From positions 12,454,779 to 12,518,778 of the forward strand of contig CM119271.1 of the NCBI GenBank assembly GCA_051294375.1: a stretch of DNA of 64,000 bases. Reading direction: 5' to 3'. Below are positions 1-13,376 of this stretch, piece after piece. The notes beneath the pieces were generated by a model, which ran no database searches, had not been told where the DNA came from, and saw only the letters and a list, made by a program, of their open reading frames with translations. The stretch's first letter is position 1; each line of letters opens with the position of its first letter. The DNA comes from Paraspadella gotoi (taxonomy: Eukaryota > Animalia > Chaetognatha). A program made the position numbers and the translations under genes.

Positions 1-1045
1 GAGAGAGAGAGAGGTCACCAAACTATCGTCCTTTCTTCCTATTTTTTTCATTTTTGCAGCTGAATCCACGAACGAAATATTTTCTCTCTTTTTAGTTGCG
101 CCGCGAGGACTCGCGGAGCAACTCTATAAGTCACTTTTCGGTCGGTCTGTCAGTATTTCGTTCATTCGAGAGAGAGAGAGAGAGACCAATTCTAAAGAAG
201 TCTTGAATATCGAAAATTCTGATCGGAACTAAACAAGAGAAAGACAAAAAAAAAGAAAAAAAAAGAAAAAGAAGAAAAAAAGACGAAAAAGAGAAAAAAG
301 GAGATAAAGAGGAAGAAAAATATCACCAACGGGAAAAAAAAATCGAATCTTCGAAGATCTTTGGTTNNNNNNNNNNNNNNNNNNNNNNNNNNNNNNNNNN
401 NNNNNNNNNNNNNNNNNNNNNNNNNNNNNNNNNNNNNNNNNNNNNNNNNNNNNNNNNNNNNNNNNNNNNNNNNNNNNNNNNNNNNNNNNNNNNNNNNNNN
501 NNNNNNNNNNNNNNNNNNNNNNNNNNNNNNNNNNNNNNNNNNNNNNNNNNNNNNNNNNNNNNNNNNNNNNNNNNNNNAGCCCCTCTTTTATTTATATTCT
601 GTCCCAGACTCCAGGCGCGAAAAAAGAAGAGCTTAAAACAACAAAAGCGCATCGGGGCGACGACGACGACGACGACAACGACGACAACAACGACAGCCAC
701 CATCAGAAAACAGACAAAAGACATTCGAAAAAAAAAAACGATGACGATGATGACTAAAACAGAAAAGATACATATATCAACCCGAAAATATTTTTAAAAG
801 ACATAAAAATGACAACGACAACGACGAAGTCGATTTGTAAGGATGATGACAAAGAGGACGATGACGACAACGACGATAATTACGACGAACAGGATGACGT
901 TGTTGACAACGACGGTGAAAACAAAGACAACAACAACAACAACAAACCCTTCTCAAAAAACCCTGCGAAGAAAATCGGTAGAAACGAGACAAATAAACAA
1001 AATGCAAATCCTTTGGTGAGATGAAGGATTTTGAGGGAAAAAGAA

Positions 1046-1079
<34 letters not shown>

Positions 1080-1320
1080 NNNNNNNNNNNNNNNNNNNNN
1101 NNNNNNNNNNNNNNNNNNNNNNNNNNNNNNNNNNNNNNNNNNNNNNNNNNNNNNNNNNNNNNNNNNNNNNNNNNNNNNNNNNNNNNNNNNNNNNNNNNNN
1201 NNNNNNNNNNNNNNNNNNNNNNNNNNNNNNNNNNNNNNNNNNGTCTTTTTTATTTCTTCACTTTTCTCAAAAATACAGGAATTCAGGAGATAAAGAGACA
1301 CTGCCATAGAGATAGAGAGG

Positions 1321-1353
<33 letters not shown>

Positions 1354-1442
1354 GAATTGGTGACGAATTCTTCCAGTCGCAGTTTTGCTTCGAAGTCGAG
1401 AGAAAAAAGGAAAACGAATCTGTGGAGCTACTAGAGAGATTG

Positions 1443-1553
<111 letters not shown>

Positions 1554-3094
1554 CACTTTCTCTCTTTTTCTCTCTCTGATACAAGCAGTAGTTCTTTGAT
1601 AAAAGATTGAAAACAGTCTCCCTCCATATTAATAATAAGAAACGTTTCTCCAGATTAAAAAGATAAACTGTTTTTTTCTCATATAAGAATTAAAACCGAC
1701 TCCTATTATATTTTGTTTTGAATTAAGGGCGTCGAATAAAAAAAAAGCCTCTTTTCCCTTTTATTTTCGATGGCGACGCTTTTTTTGTTTCAAAATGGCG
1801 ACTTTGTTCTTTTTTTTCTTTCTTTTTCTTTCTTTCTTTTTTTCTTTTTAAAACCACCTTCGCCTTAAGGGGACCCAGTGATAAAAATGATATCATAAGC
1901 TTAAGGGTCTATCATCAAAGGAATTTGAATGGTGATAGTCATTAATTTTTCTTTGTACGGGAAAGTGGCTAAAAAATTCCTATCTTTTATTGTAGCGGAA
2001 ACAAAAATTTAATAATTATGAAAAAAAAATTTAAAATTTGAAAAAGATTTTCTTCTTACCGATTTTTTAAAGAAAATTAAGCTAGCTGATTTTTAAACTA
2101 CTTTCCCAAATGATTATAGAAAAAAGAATCTTATAGTCAGAAACAGCTTAAGTTAAAGGGTCAAACGTTATGCTTTCAGCTTTCTACCCCCCCTGGTCAC
2201 TTGGTCCCCTTAAATCAGTCGCGGCGTCATATTATTTTTTTCTTTTTTTAAAACTTTGTCTAGTTATTTCTTATTATTTTAAAATTTTATTAATTCTTCG
2301 AAATTATATTATCAATTTTGTAATGAAAGAAATAAATTCGCCTTGTTTTTCATTGTTTTTTATTTATTTTTCCTCTTTGTCTCAAAAAACCGAGTGATAT
2401 AGATAATAAAAAGCTTTAAACGTATACGTATTTAATTAAATGTTACATTTACCGACAGTAAAACTGACAGACCGACCGAAAAGCTTCCTATGGAGTCGCA
2501 TTTCGACGCGACGAACAAAAACTTCACCCGCCTCATTTTTCGCTTTTTATTTCCGACATAAATACTGAGTCCCATTTTCACACGATCTCTCTCTGNNNNN
2601 NNNNNNNNNNNNNNNNNNNNNNNNNNNNNNNNNNNNNNNNNNNNNNNNNNNNNNNNNNNNNNNNNNNNNNNNNNNNNNNNNNNNNNNNNNNNNNNNNNNN
2701 NNNNNNNNNNNNNNNNNNNNNNNNNNNNNNNNNNNNNNNNNNNNNNNNNNNNNNNNNNNNNNNNNNNNNNNNNNNNNNNNNNNNNNNNNNNNNNNNNNNN
2801 NNNNNNNNNNNNNNNNNNNNNNNNNNNNNCGACGAATGATGCTAATCACCCTTGATGTTGACGACGAAGTGATGTCGGTCACGAGAAAAAGACGGGATCG
2901 CCTGACATTCATTCATTCATTCATTCATTCATTCATTCATTCATTCATTCATTCATTCATTCATTCATTCATTTTTTCATACTTAATTAATTAAATAAAT
3001 AAATAAATCAATCAATCAATCAATAAATAAATAAATCAAAAAATCAATCAATCAATAAATCAAGATGTTGATGTTGTCTTTTCTTATTCTCCAG

Positions 3095-3192
3095 CATCAA
3101 CGCAGAAGCGAACAAGTTGAAGAAGACGCAGAACGAGTTGGTGCTGGACAAAGCGGAGACGATGAAAGAGAAAGTGCAAGAGAAGAAGGACC
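3095..3192 (+). CDS. Orphan internal exon, charged helical/coiled-coil peptide (INAEANKLKKTQNELVLDKAETMKEKVQEKKD); gene unknown
   Basis: Pyrimidine tract plus CAG acceptor (ttttcttattctccag), GTGAGT donor, open non-repetitive frame. Partner exons not found; flanked by N-gaps. Confidence 0.5.
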
Positions 3193-3195
3193 GTG

Positions 3196-3229
<34 letters not shown>

Positions 3230-3565
3230 NNNNNNNNNNNNNNNNNNNNNNNNNNNNNNNNNNNNNNNNNNNNNNNNNNNNNNNNNNNNNNNNNNNNNNN
3301 NNNNNNNNNNNNNNNNNNNNNNNNNNNNNNNNNNNNNNNNNNNNNNNNNNNNNNNNNNNNNNNNNNNNNNNNNNNNNNNNNNNNNNNNTCTTCCTCTTCC
3401 TCTTTCACTCCCTCTCCTCTCTCTCTCTCCTTCTCGCTCCTATTCCTTCGCCTTATTCTCCTCCCACTCTCCATCTCCCTCTCTCCTTCTCTTTCCTCTC
3501 TCTTTCTCCCTCTCTTTCCTCTCTCTCTCCCTCTTTCCTTNNNNNNNNNNNNNNNNNNNNNNNNN

Positions 3566-3622
3566 ATAAATAAATAAATAAAAACCCTGAATTTTAAATA
3601 AATAAATAAATAAATAAATAAA

Positions 3623-3658
<36 letters not shown>

Positions 3659-3698
3659 AATAAATAAATAAATAAATAAAATAATAAAAACCTGAATT

Positions 3699-3735
<37 letters not shown>

Positions 3736-3895
3736 AAATAAATAATAAATAAATAAATAATAAATAAATAAATAATATAATAAATAAAAACCTGAATTTT
3801 AAATAAATAAATAAATAAATAATAAATAAATAAATATAAATAAATAAATAATAATAAATAAATAAATAAATAATAAAACCTGAATTTTAAATAAA

Positions 3896-3941
<46 letters not shown>

Positions 3942-3982
3942 AATTATAAATAAAATAAATAAATAATATAAAAACCATGAAT

Positions 3983-4026
<44 letters not shown>

Positions 4027-4225
4027 AAATAAATAAATAACCTGAATTTTAAATAAATAAATAAATAAATAAAATAATAAATTAAATAAAATAAATAAAA
4101 TAAATAAAAAATAAATAAATAAATAAATAAATATATAAATAATAATTAATTAAATTAATTAATATAATTAATTAAATTAATAATAAATTAATTAAATTAA
4201 TAAATAATTATTTTAATTAATTAAT
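3566..4225. repeat. (TAAA)n satellite punctuated about every 90-100 bp by AAACCTGAATTTTAAAT
   Basis: Visible directly. An inverted monomer occurs at about 5968-6020 (tatttattt...caaattcaggtttt). Confidence 0.85.
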
Positions 4226-4589
4226 TTTAGACAGATAAAAGTGTTATGGATAAGAGTTTGACATCTAAATTTAACATTTCTAAAAGTTGAAAAGAAAAAA
4301 AAATAAGAGAACCAGGCGACGCTTTTAAAGAAGAGAAGGTAGACCTCCCGTAATTTCCCCACCCAAATCATAAAGGAAATCATAAAAAGAGTACAACATG
4401 AGTACCCCGGCAGTCGGTACGATAAGGAAAAAAAAAAATAAAAATTTGGGAATGGTTTGGGGCAACTTGGCAGGGGTTTAAAGGGGGATTTGCTTTATTG
4501 GCGTACTCGTTCTGCGTAACATCGTTGCGTACGTTCGTTTGTGTAAAACATTTTGTACTGCGTTAATATAAAGATCAGTAAGCAAGGTT

Positions 4590-4920
4590 TTAAGAAGGTA
4601 CACTATAAGCGAGATTTTTTTGGGAGGAGTACGCAGCCGTAACGCAATCAGTACGCAAAGTGAAAAAAAAGTACACTATTAGGAGATGTTTTTGGAAGAG
4701 TTACGCAGCCAGTACGGCAATCAGTACGCAAAGAAAAGTAACAGCTATAGAGAGATTTTTTGGAGAAGGTACGCAGCCAGACGCAATCAGTACGCAAAGT
4801 GAAAAAAGTACACTTAGAAGAGATTTTTTGGAGAGTAACGCCAAGCCCCAGTACGCATCAGTACGTGAGGCAAAAGTGAAAAAAGTACAACAGTAAAATT
4901 TAGAGAAGATTTTTTTAGAG
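4590..4920. repeat. Degenerate ~65-bp minisatellite (AAGTACACTATAAGGAGATTTTTTGGAGAGTACGCAGCCAGTACGCAATCAGTACGCAAAG)
   Basis: About 5 noisy tandem units, flanked by two similar TTGCGTACTC-rich blocks (4441-4540 and 4986-5090). Confidence 0.7.
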
Positions 4921-5094
4921 CGTTCCCAGTCCACCTTTTTTTTAAACTTTGAAACAGGACAAATTTCAATTTATTAAAAAAAAAAAAATTTTGGGGGAAG
5001 GTTTGGGAGCTAGAAGGCAGGGTTTAACAGGGGTTTAGATTTCTTGCGTACCCGTTGCGTACTCATTGGCGTACTCGTTGCGTACTCATTAAGA

Positions 5095-5445
5095 ATTTCT
5101 CATAGGAAATTTATTTGAATCATTTAAATTTTACTAAAATTTTTGGATTTGTGGAATCATAATTTTTAGGATTTGTAGAAATCATAAATTCGGATTTGTT
5201 AAATTCATAAATTTTTAGGAATTTGTTTTTGCGATCATAATTTTAAGGTAAATGCGGAAGTTCAAATAATTTTAGGATTTGCGAATACTAATTTTAGGAT
5301 GTTTGCGAATCATAAATTTAGGTTTTGCGACATCATAAATTTAGGATTTTGTGCGAATCATAAATTTAGGAAAATTTGCGAATGCAAAATAAATTTTTTA
5401 GGAATCTTGTGAATCATAATTTTAGGATTTTGTAACAATCATAAT
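5095..5445. repeat. ~22-bp minisatellite (AATCATAAATTTAGGATTTGCG)
   Basis: More than 10 noisy tandem units. Confidence 0.8.
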
Positions 5446-5971
5446 GAATTTGGCGTTCGCGGTGGCCAACCCGAGATAGCGCGGGCGTCCGCCGTAGGGG
5501 GAGAACGCTCGACGTCCCGACCGGCAGAGTAGAATTAGCGAACATTCCGAGTCCAAGCTTTCCCGATTCGCCGACAAGAGTCGCGACGACGCGAAGAAAG
5601 AAGAAGAAAGAAAGGCAATAATCTGGCTTATTTTTAATGTTTGAAACCTAGCAAAAGTCAGAGGGCCAGTTGCCTCGTAATAGCGCGACGCGTCCGAAGT
5701 TTTCAAAACGCACTTGCGAGGTTGCTTTTTAAGGTGTTCTTTTTAAAGTGTTTTTATTTAACGTTTTAAACTTTGAACTGTTTTTTATAATCGTCGCCAT
5801 TATTTCAATATCAATAAACGCAAACCATTGTTTTAAAAACATTCGTTGAATTCTCGGTCGTCTCAATAAAGTCAGAAAAATAGAGGCAGCCTCAAACCAG
5901 TGGGAAAAAACAAAGCGTCATTGTCCAGTAGGAAAAACAAAGCGTCATTTGTCGCCCAAGTGAAAACGTAT

Positions 5972-6002
<31 letters not shown>

Positions 6003-6049
6003 TTTCAAATTCAGGTTTTTGGCGACGGAGGAAGCCATCGATTCGAAGA

Positions 6050-6089
<40 letters not shown>

Positions 6090-6886
6090 AACTATCATCG
6101 TCGGATGTGAAGCAGTGAATTTTTTTCCGGGGGGGGGGAGAAAAAGAAAGATTCACTTTTTTGGTTATGAATAAAAAAGAAGAAAGGAAAAGTTTTAAAT
6201 TTAAAAACAAAATTGTTTTTATAATTTTTTAAAGTTTTTGTTTATTTTTTTTTTAAATGAAAGTCTGACTTGGTTTCTGGGAATTTTTGAAATTTTTTTT
6301 TTTTGTCATTTTGATGAAAGACATTATAAACATGGGAAAGTCTTTTTTATTTTAACTTAAATTCGTTTTGATTTATTTGGAATTATAATTAGGATTATAT
6401 TAAGGTTTTGACTCTCTTGGCGAAATGAGAGAGAGCAGAGAGAGAGAGCAGAGAGAGAGAGAGAGAGAGAGAGAGAAGGAAATATACGACACTGTGTCTT
6501 TTAATGAAATGAGAATATCGCTAAATTCAGTCCAATCCTCACATCTCATCTCATCACTTACTCTCTCATGAAATTGGTACAACTTTGGACAGGCTTTGGT
6601 GGTTTAGGGCCTCCTTCACACTCACAAGATAATGACATAGCAGGTCCCTGCACGCTTTCTATCAAGACTCTCTCACAGTCTTGTCTCTCACATCACATCC
6701 TATCACATCTTATCACATCCACGTCCGCTCACGCGTCGGATAAAATGACGCGATTTCCTGTTCACGTGAGCTAAAAAAAAAAAAAAACATCCCGAGGTCT
6801 TCTCCTTTTTTTTCTCCTTTTTTTTCTCCTTTCAAAAGGGTCAAAGGTTAAAAAAGACCCGCGCGGACGAAAGGGGAAGTGAGAGA

Positions 6887-6946
<60 letters not shown>

Positions 6947-7865
6947 TAGAACCGTCTCATCTCAAATGGAACCTTGACGATTTTTTGCTTATCGATCGAC
7001 GATCGTCAGTTTTAGAGACAGAGACGAACGAACGCATGGACGGACGGACGGACGGACGGATGGACAGACGAACGGATGGACGGACGGACGGACGGACTGA
7101 GCTAAAGACGAAAAAAGAAAGGAAAAACCTGGGCGGAAAAAGGGAGAAATAGAGTAAAAGAGAAGAGAGAGAGAAAAAGATAAAATGATGACGAAGAAAT
7201 GGAGGAAAAAAGGAAATAAGAAAAAAAAGAAATGGAAAAGAGAGAAAATGGAGGGAGGAGTGAAAAATTTTCACTGGAAATTTGAAAGAGAAGTGGAAAT
7301 CAGAAGTGGAAAGAGATGGTAGTAGAAATCGGAGGTAGAAGTGAAAAACGGGGATAGAAGTGGAAATCGAGAATACAAGATCAAATGGGGCAAAGAAGAA
7401 AAAATCAAAGAACAAGTGGAAATACGGGAAGAAATGGAAATAAAGAAGAGAAGTGGAAATCGCGAGAAAAAAAACAGAAATCGCGAAGAGAGGAAATCGA
7501 GGAATAAGTAGAAATGGTGTAAATGGTGGAAATCGGGAAAAAGGTGGAAATCGGCGATAGAAGTGGAAATGGGGTAAATGGTGGAAATGGTGAAAATTGG
7601 GAAAGATATGGAAATCGGGGATAGAAGTGGAAATTGGGTAAATGGTAGAAATGGTGGAAATTGAGAAAGAGTGGAAATCGGGACTAGAAGAGAAAATAGG
7701 GGGGTAGAATGGTTGAAAGGTAAACGGTCATGGATTAATTTTTCTCACGAAAAAGGGGGGAAAAATAAGAAATTGATTCTGGGTCAGATTTCCATGGGAC
7801 GAGAGTAAGTGAAGGGTGAGGATCGAGATAAGTTGAAAAGACATCCGGATTCTGGGTGAGGAAGA

Positions 7866-7901
<36 letters not shown>

Positions 7902-8232
7902 TGATGAATGATGATGAGGAGGAGGAGGAGCAGGAGGAGGAGGAGGAGGAAGAGCAGCTCTGAGCGAAACCAGATCGCGCGGAGATGACCGTCGCGCGTC
8001 GCCTGGCTCCAACTTCGCGGATGCAGTTGGGGGAAGGGGGGAGGGAGGGGGGGGTTGGGAAATGGAAGAGGGAAAAGAGATAAAAGGAAAAAAAAGGATA
8101 AAAAGGAAAAAAAGGATGAAAGGGAAAAAAAGGATAAAAGGAAAAAAAAGGGAGAAAAGAAAAGGAATAAAAAGGAAAGAAGGAATAAGTTGGGATAAAC
8201 TTAATGGAGAAAGTAAAAATAGAAAATATATA

Positions 8233-8640
8233 CAAGATAGCTTATTTATTAAATGAATGGATAATTTTTATATTGGTTGTACCAATTTCATAAAATTCAG
8301 CTCCTTGTATTTTGATGCTAGTGCGGAGTACAATAAGTATTCCCCGATCTAATACTTAAGGGAGTGGTCTTTTCATACAATTGAAACATTCTTTGAAATA
8401 TTATACCACTTCATTGATAGGGAAGCCAGGTACTCTGGGAGTGAATTAACGAGACTGTGAGAGAGTCTTGATTGAAAGCTTGCAGGGACCTGCTATGTCA
8501 TTATCTTGTAAGAGTGATGGAGGCCTTAAAGTTAAACTTCAAGTTAAACCACCAAAGCCTGTCCAAAGTCAGGGGCAAGATAGCTTATTTATTAAATGAA
8601 TGGATAATTTTTATATTGGTTGTACCAATTTCATAAAATT
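8233..8640. mobile_element. Small dispersed element bounded by ~65-bp direct repeats (8233-8297 and 8576-8640)
   Basis: CAAGATAGCTTATTTATTAAATGAATGG...CCAATTTCATAAAATT occurs at both ends. The internal part has an inverted diverged copy at 6568-6682. Confidence 0.55.
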
Positions 8641-8674
8641 AAAATCGAAAGCCGACGACGACGACGACGACGAA

Positions 8675-8721
<47 letters not shown>

Positions 8722-8779
8722 AAACCTGAGGCGGAAATTAAGAATTTCCTCGATTTTGGTTCTCGAATTTTATGTCACG

Positions 8780-8811
<32 letters not shown>

Positions 8812-9383
8812 TATCATCGTCGTCGTCGTCGTCGTTATCATCGTCGTCGTCGTCGTCGTCGTCGCCGATCGCGTCACGTCTGGAGCCACACGTGTCAAGG
8901 GTGACCCGTCTAATGGGTGACGAAAGAGTGTCACCACGAAAAAGATGTGACTGTTTCTCTAAACACTGTGTCCAATTTTTGGTGTGAATTCAATAAATTA
9001 ATTATTTATTTTATTCTATAAATTATTATTAATAATTATCGTTGTTTTCTACTTTAATTCATTTTTATTCGTGCGAATAAAAAATTAGATAAGTGAAATT
9101 AATTTTGTTTAAAAAAAAAAGAATGAAGAGTAATGAAATAAAAATGAAATAAAAATGAAATAAAAATGAAATAAAAATGGGGTTCAAATTCTCGTAAAGC
9201 GTTGAGTAACAAAATCTCTTTTCACGAAATAAAAAAAGGGAAAAAAATGAGTGAAAAATTTCGATAATTCGATTATTCCGCGCGAATCGACGACAACCGA
9301 CGACAACCACAACAACAAAGACGACAACGACAACAATCGGGGAAATGAAAAAATACGTTTGAATTTGAATGTGGGAGAGAGAC

Positions 9384-9465
<82 letters not shown>

Positions 9466-9661
9466 TCTCCGTAAATGAAGTGAATGTGAATGTGTTTTTC
9501 CTTCTCATGAAATCTACAGGAAAAAGAGATAAAAACTTTCAACCAAATTTTGGAAAAGAAAAAAATTGTGAAAAAAAAATTATTCTCACGTTCGACAAAC
9601 AAAAAAATTCACTTCGGCGCCCAAGATCTCACTCGAAAAATAGCGTAGGCAATCTCTGTCT

Positions 9662-9746
<85 letters not shown>

Positions 9747-9902
9747 GGGATACATGGTGTACAGAGTAGAGGATGTCATGTCTCTGTGTAAGTGAAAATG
9801 AAGAATGTAAAAAAAGAAAAAAGAAAAAAAAGAAAAAGGAATGAATTGTGAAAATTGAAGAAAGACATCGAATGCATATAAAACTGAAATTTCGCAATGC
9901 AA

Positions 9903-10136
9903 CGAAACAAACGGAAATTCAAATGTAACTTTCTTAGCCTGCGTTCGACGCGCAACGCATCGGAATTACGTCTTTTATTCTTTAGACTTTTAGGATTTCC
10001 TGAAGGCGGCGCTAGCAGTCACTTGGATTTGATTTTTCTGTCTTAACAAATTTTTAACGAAAGTGGGACAGACAGACGGACAGACAAACTGACAGACCGA
10101 AAAGTGACTAGCGAGTACTCGCGGCGCAACTAAAAA
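9903..10136. mobile_element. DINE-1/HINE-like (Helentron-associated) non-autonomous repeat
   Basis: AACGGAAATTC end, internal (GACA/GACG)n tract, GCGAGTACTCGC hairpin and GCAACTAAAAA end. Homologous inverted copies at 13803-13964 and 26030-26262; end fragment at 90-152. Confidence 0.55.
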
Positions 10137-12047
10137 GAGCAGAATAGCAACGCGGAATGAGATTATCGTTTCTCGCGACGAATATTTGATTCGATTTGAT
10201 ACGAGAATCGATTCGCATCAAAGAACAGAAGACATTTTGGATGGAGGCCACTGATCACGACGACGATTACGATGATGAAGTAGATGACGATGACGATGAT
10301 GACAACGATAATAACGACGACGACGGCATTAACGACATCGAATACGAAGATATTGACGAAGATGACAATGACAAGAAGACAAAGACGATGCCAAAGAAAA
10401 AGAAAAAACGATGACAGTGACGACAAAAAAGAAGAGAATAACGAACAAAAATGACAATGATGACGACGACGAAAACGACGACGACGACGACGTGAACGAA
10501 AAGAGGAAACATAATCGATTCTCCTCCGCCTCGTTTTCACTCTCTTCTCCTTTTTCACGTTTCTTCACATTGACGAGGGATTCACGGGTCACGTGACTTT
10601 CGTATCCTTTTCCTCGCTTCTAATCACAAAAACTTCTTTCTTTTTTTTTTCTCTTCTTATTTTTTCTTTCTTTTTGTCATCGTGACTTTCGAGGTTCTAT
10701 TTTTCTTGGAGAATGATAGGATTCGAAATGAGAGGTTTTTAGAAAATGGTGCTGAGGTAATAGTTAGGGATAAGATTATGGATTAAGGTTATGGATTAAG
10801 GGGTTAAGGATTAGAAATTAGTTATTTGAAAGGGAGAGCTTTGGGAAAAGAGAGCCATGGGTTAGAGTTTGAGAATCGGTTATGGATTAAAGATTAAAGA
10901 TTAGAGATTAGAGATTAGAGATTAAACCTTTTGGAAAATCATGACAATTTGTTTGTAGCCTTCGTTTAAAACTAAATTATGTTAATGTCTTCTGCCGATT
11001 CACTCGTGAGATTCACTCGTTTAGTCACTCTAATCTTTTGTTTATAGTTTAAGGGATCAACTGAAGATGTCTCACTGATTTAAAATACTTTGATTGTTTA
11101 CCTGTGATTGATAACCGGCTGATTTCATTCCCGGGTTTTAAATCTCATGCTTCTGATTAAATAAAAATAATTATTCAATTAAACACAAATCGTTTTTATT
11201 ATTTGCCAAATGTAATAAATACATTGACTCAAAAATAAGAGCATCTCATCTTCCCTGTGGTTTCATCCTCTGAGATATCAACTTCTCAATCGTCCTAACC
11301 TTAGTACTGAGCTACTCCAGTTGTCAAGCCTTCTTCATAATGCTGTGGCTTTAATACGAGACCTTGCCACACTCGTGAGATTTACTTGCATATTCGAGAA
11401 AGTCCGATATAATTCAGGTCGAAGTGAGACAAATGAAAAAATAACAAATAAAAAAGAAAAAAAAGATAAAGAAAAAAGAAACAAAAAAATTGATAAAATC
11501 AACAGAAAAACAATATTAACCGATATAAAAAAAACGGATAACGCATAAAAAAAAACACATAACAAAAAACTAGGAACGGTAATTCCACGGTGTTGTACCG
11601 CTCAGACAAACAGACAGAATAAAAAAATAAATTTACAACCAGATAAACAAAAAAATGGATAAATAGACAGACAAGATGATTGAGAAATGGACAGACTGAG
11701 ATTATAGTACTGACAGGAAAATTGACACATTAATTCAACAATGAACAGAAAAACAGATGTTTTTTTTATTTATTAGAATTTTTATTCATTGACAAATCAA
11801 ACATTTTACTACGTGTTTATTTATTTATTATATATTTATCGATATTTAATATTATTATCATTATTTATTATTTATAATTATTCGCCAATGAGACAGACAG
11901 GCAGATAAATAATCAAACGGACTGACAAACCAAAGCAAAGATACCCTGAAGGAGGGACCGACCAAAACAAAAAAACCCGAGCTAAATAGCGTCGCTCGGC
12001 GAGTACTCGCGACGGCGCGAGTGCATAACAAAAAAGGGATAACTTAC

Positions 12048-12155
12048 CTCGGCCGCAATGTTTCTTCCTCTTGAAGACGAGTCGAGTTGAGTTGCGTCCG
12101 GGTGCGACGGTGATGTTGAGGGACATCAGCACGTTGACGTCTGAGGAGAGGGTGC
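12048..12155 (-). CDS. RYK: RYK/Derailed-like WIF domain, third visible exon: (G)TLSSDVNVLMSLNITVAPGRNSTRLVFKRKKHCGR
   Basis: CAG acceptor and GTAAGT donor; phase 1 matches the preceding exon. Resembles the RYK WIF C-terminus (...LNLTV...LNFKRRKMC), including the basic KRKK site and the Cys. Confidence 0.85.
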
Positions 12156-12595
12156 CTGGGGGTTCGGGGAGGGTTTGGGGTGTTGACGGGAAGTTTGGGG
12201 GGGTGTTGAAGGAGGCGTTGGGGTGATGGAAGGAGGGGAAATCGAGGGGGAGATGATATGAGTGGGTTTTTAATTTGGAGGAATTGGTGGGTACATGGCG
12301 GGGGAGAGAGAGAGAGAGAGGGAGGGAGGGAGAGAGAGAGAGGGAGAGAGGGAGGGAGTGAGAGGGAGGGAGCGAGAGGGAGAGAGAGAGAATAGAGAGA
12401 GAGAGAGAGAAAGAGAGAGAAAAGTTGTAGATAAATATAAATACCAACCGAAAACTAAAATACCCTGACCAGTGACCACACACCACCAACCACCACAAAC
12501 AACCAACCACAACTAACTTATGACGAACGACCAACCACAAACGCCCCCGACCACAGACCCCCGAGAGTCTTTCGAACCCTCCATCTCTCTCTCAC

Positions 12596-12722
12596 CGGTG
12601 CAAGGGAGAGATAATCTGAAGATTTGATCGAAGGCTGGAACTCGTCCTTCCAGACTCACGTTGAGACGCGGCGCGTCCATCGCCGCTTTGTTATCCCAAT
12701 CCAATTTGATGGCGTAGTGGAT
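12596..12722 (-). CDS. RYK: RYK/Derailed-like WIF domain, second visible exon: IHYAIKLDWDNKAAMDAPRLNVSLEGRVPAFDQIFRLSLPCT(G)
   Basis: CAG and GTGAG splice sites, phase 0 to 1. Resembles RYK AMDMPQVNISVQGEVP...FRVELSCTG. Confidence 0.88.
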
Positions 12723-13245
12723 CTGGAAGTAATAGAGGGTCGGTGATGAAGGGGAGCGGGGCCTTATTTTCCAAGAACGACCCCGTTTTTATCTTAAATT
12801 CAGGAATAAAGTTAATTTTTTTTATAGACAAAAGATTTGGTTAGAAGTTAGGGTTACGGGATTAGATTAGGAATTAGGTAAGATTAGATTAGATTAAGAT
12901 TAGGTTAAGGATTAGATTAGGGATTAGGTTAGATTAGATTTAGGTTAGTGAGTAACGTTTAGGGTTAAAGGTTTTCTTTCAAAATTAGGGATAAGAGGGA
13001 AACAGGTTCAGCAAAGGGAACAAGGGTACATAAAAAAGGGGGAGAAGGGAAAGGTTCGTGGACCACGAGACCGTGAGAGAGAAGTTGTGCAGCCGATCTC
13101 CGGGGGGACGAGGGGAGGAGGAGGAGGCGTTGACAGGGGGGGAGAAGAGAAGACCCGCAGAAGATAAAGTCCCCGGCGGTTAGGGGGAGCCACTATCCTG
13201 GTAACAATTTCATTCCACAACCTTTAACGATAACCTTCAACTCAC

Positions 13246-13376
13246 CGGCGTTCTTTTCTCCGCGTTTCTCCAGTTGAAGAAGATGTGTTTAACTCCGACT
13301 GGAATCGGGAGATTAAAGCTCAGCGCGTAATTGTTGATTTCCCCGTCTTGGACGTAGTAGAGTTCAGCATCTAGGC
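13246..13376 (-). CDS. RYK: RYK/Derailed-like WIF domain, first visible exon: (G)LDAELYYVQDGEINNYALSFNLPIPVGVKHIFFNWRNAEKRTP
   Basis: CAG and GTGAGT splice sites. GLDAELYYV...YALSF...F.W is the RYK WIF N-terminal signature. Confidence 0.88.

Noticed and set aside
7728-8012. Minus-strand ORF with poly-Pro and poly-Ile as the RYK transmembrane exon
   Set aside because: The hydrophobic run is an (ATC)n microsatellite and the acceptor context is poor.
12840-12970. (GATTA/GGTTA)n tract as an interstitial telomere
   Set aside because: Irregular mixture of pentamers with only occasional TTAGGG; ordinary low-complexity sequence.
13155-13200. AAAGTCCCCGG resembling the RNase MRP CR-I motif
   Set aside because: No matching CR-V/P4 partner recognised; it lies in a RYK intron and is probably chance.
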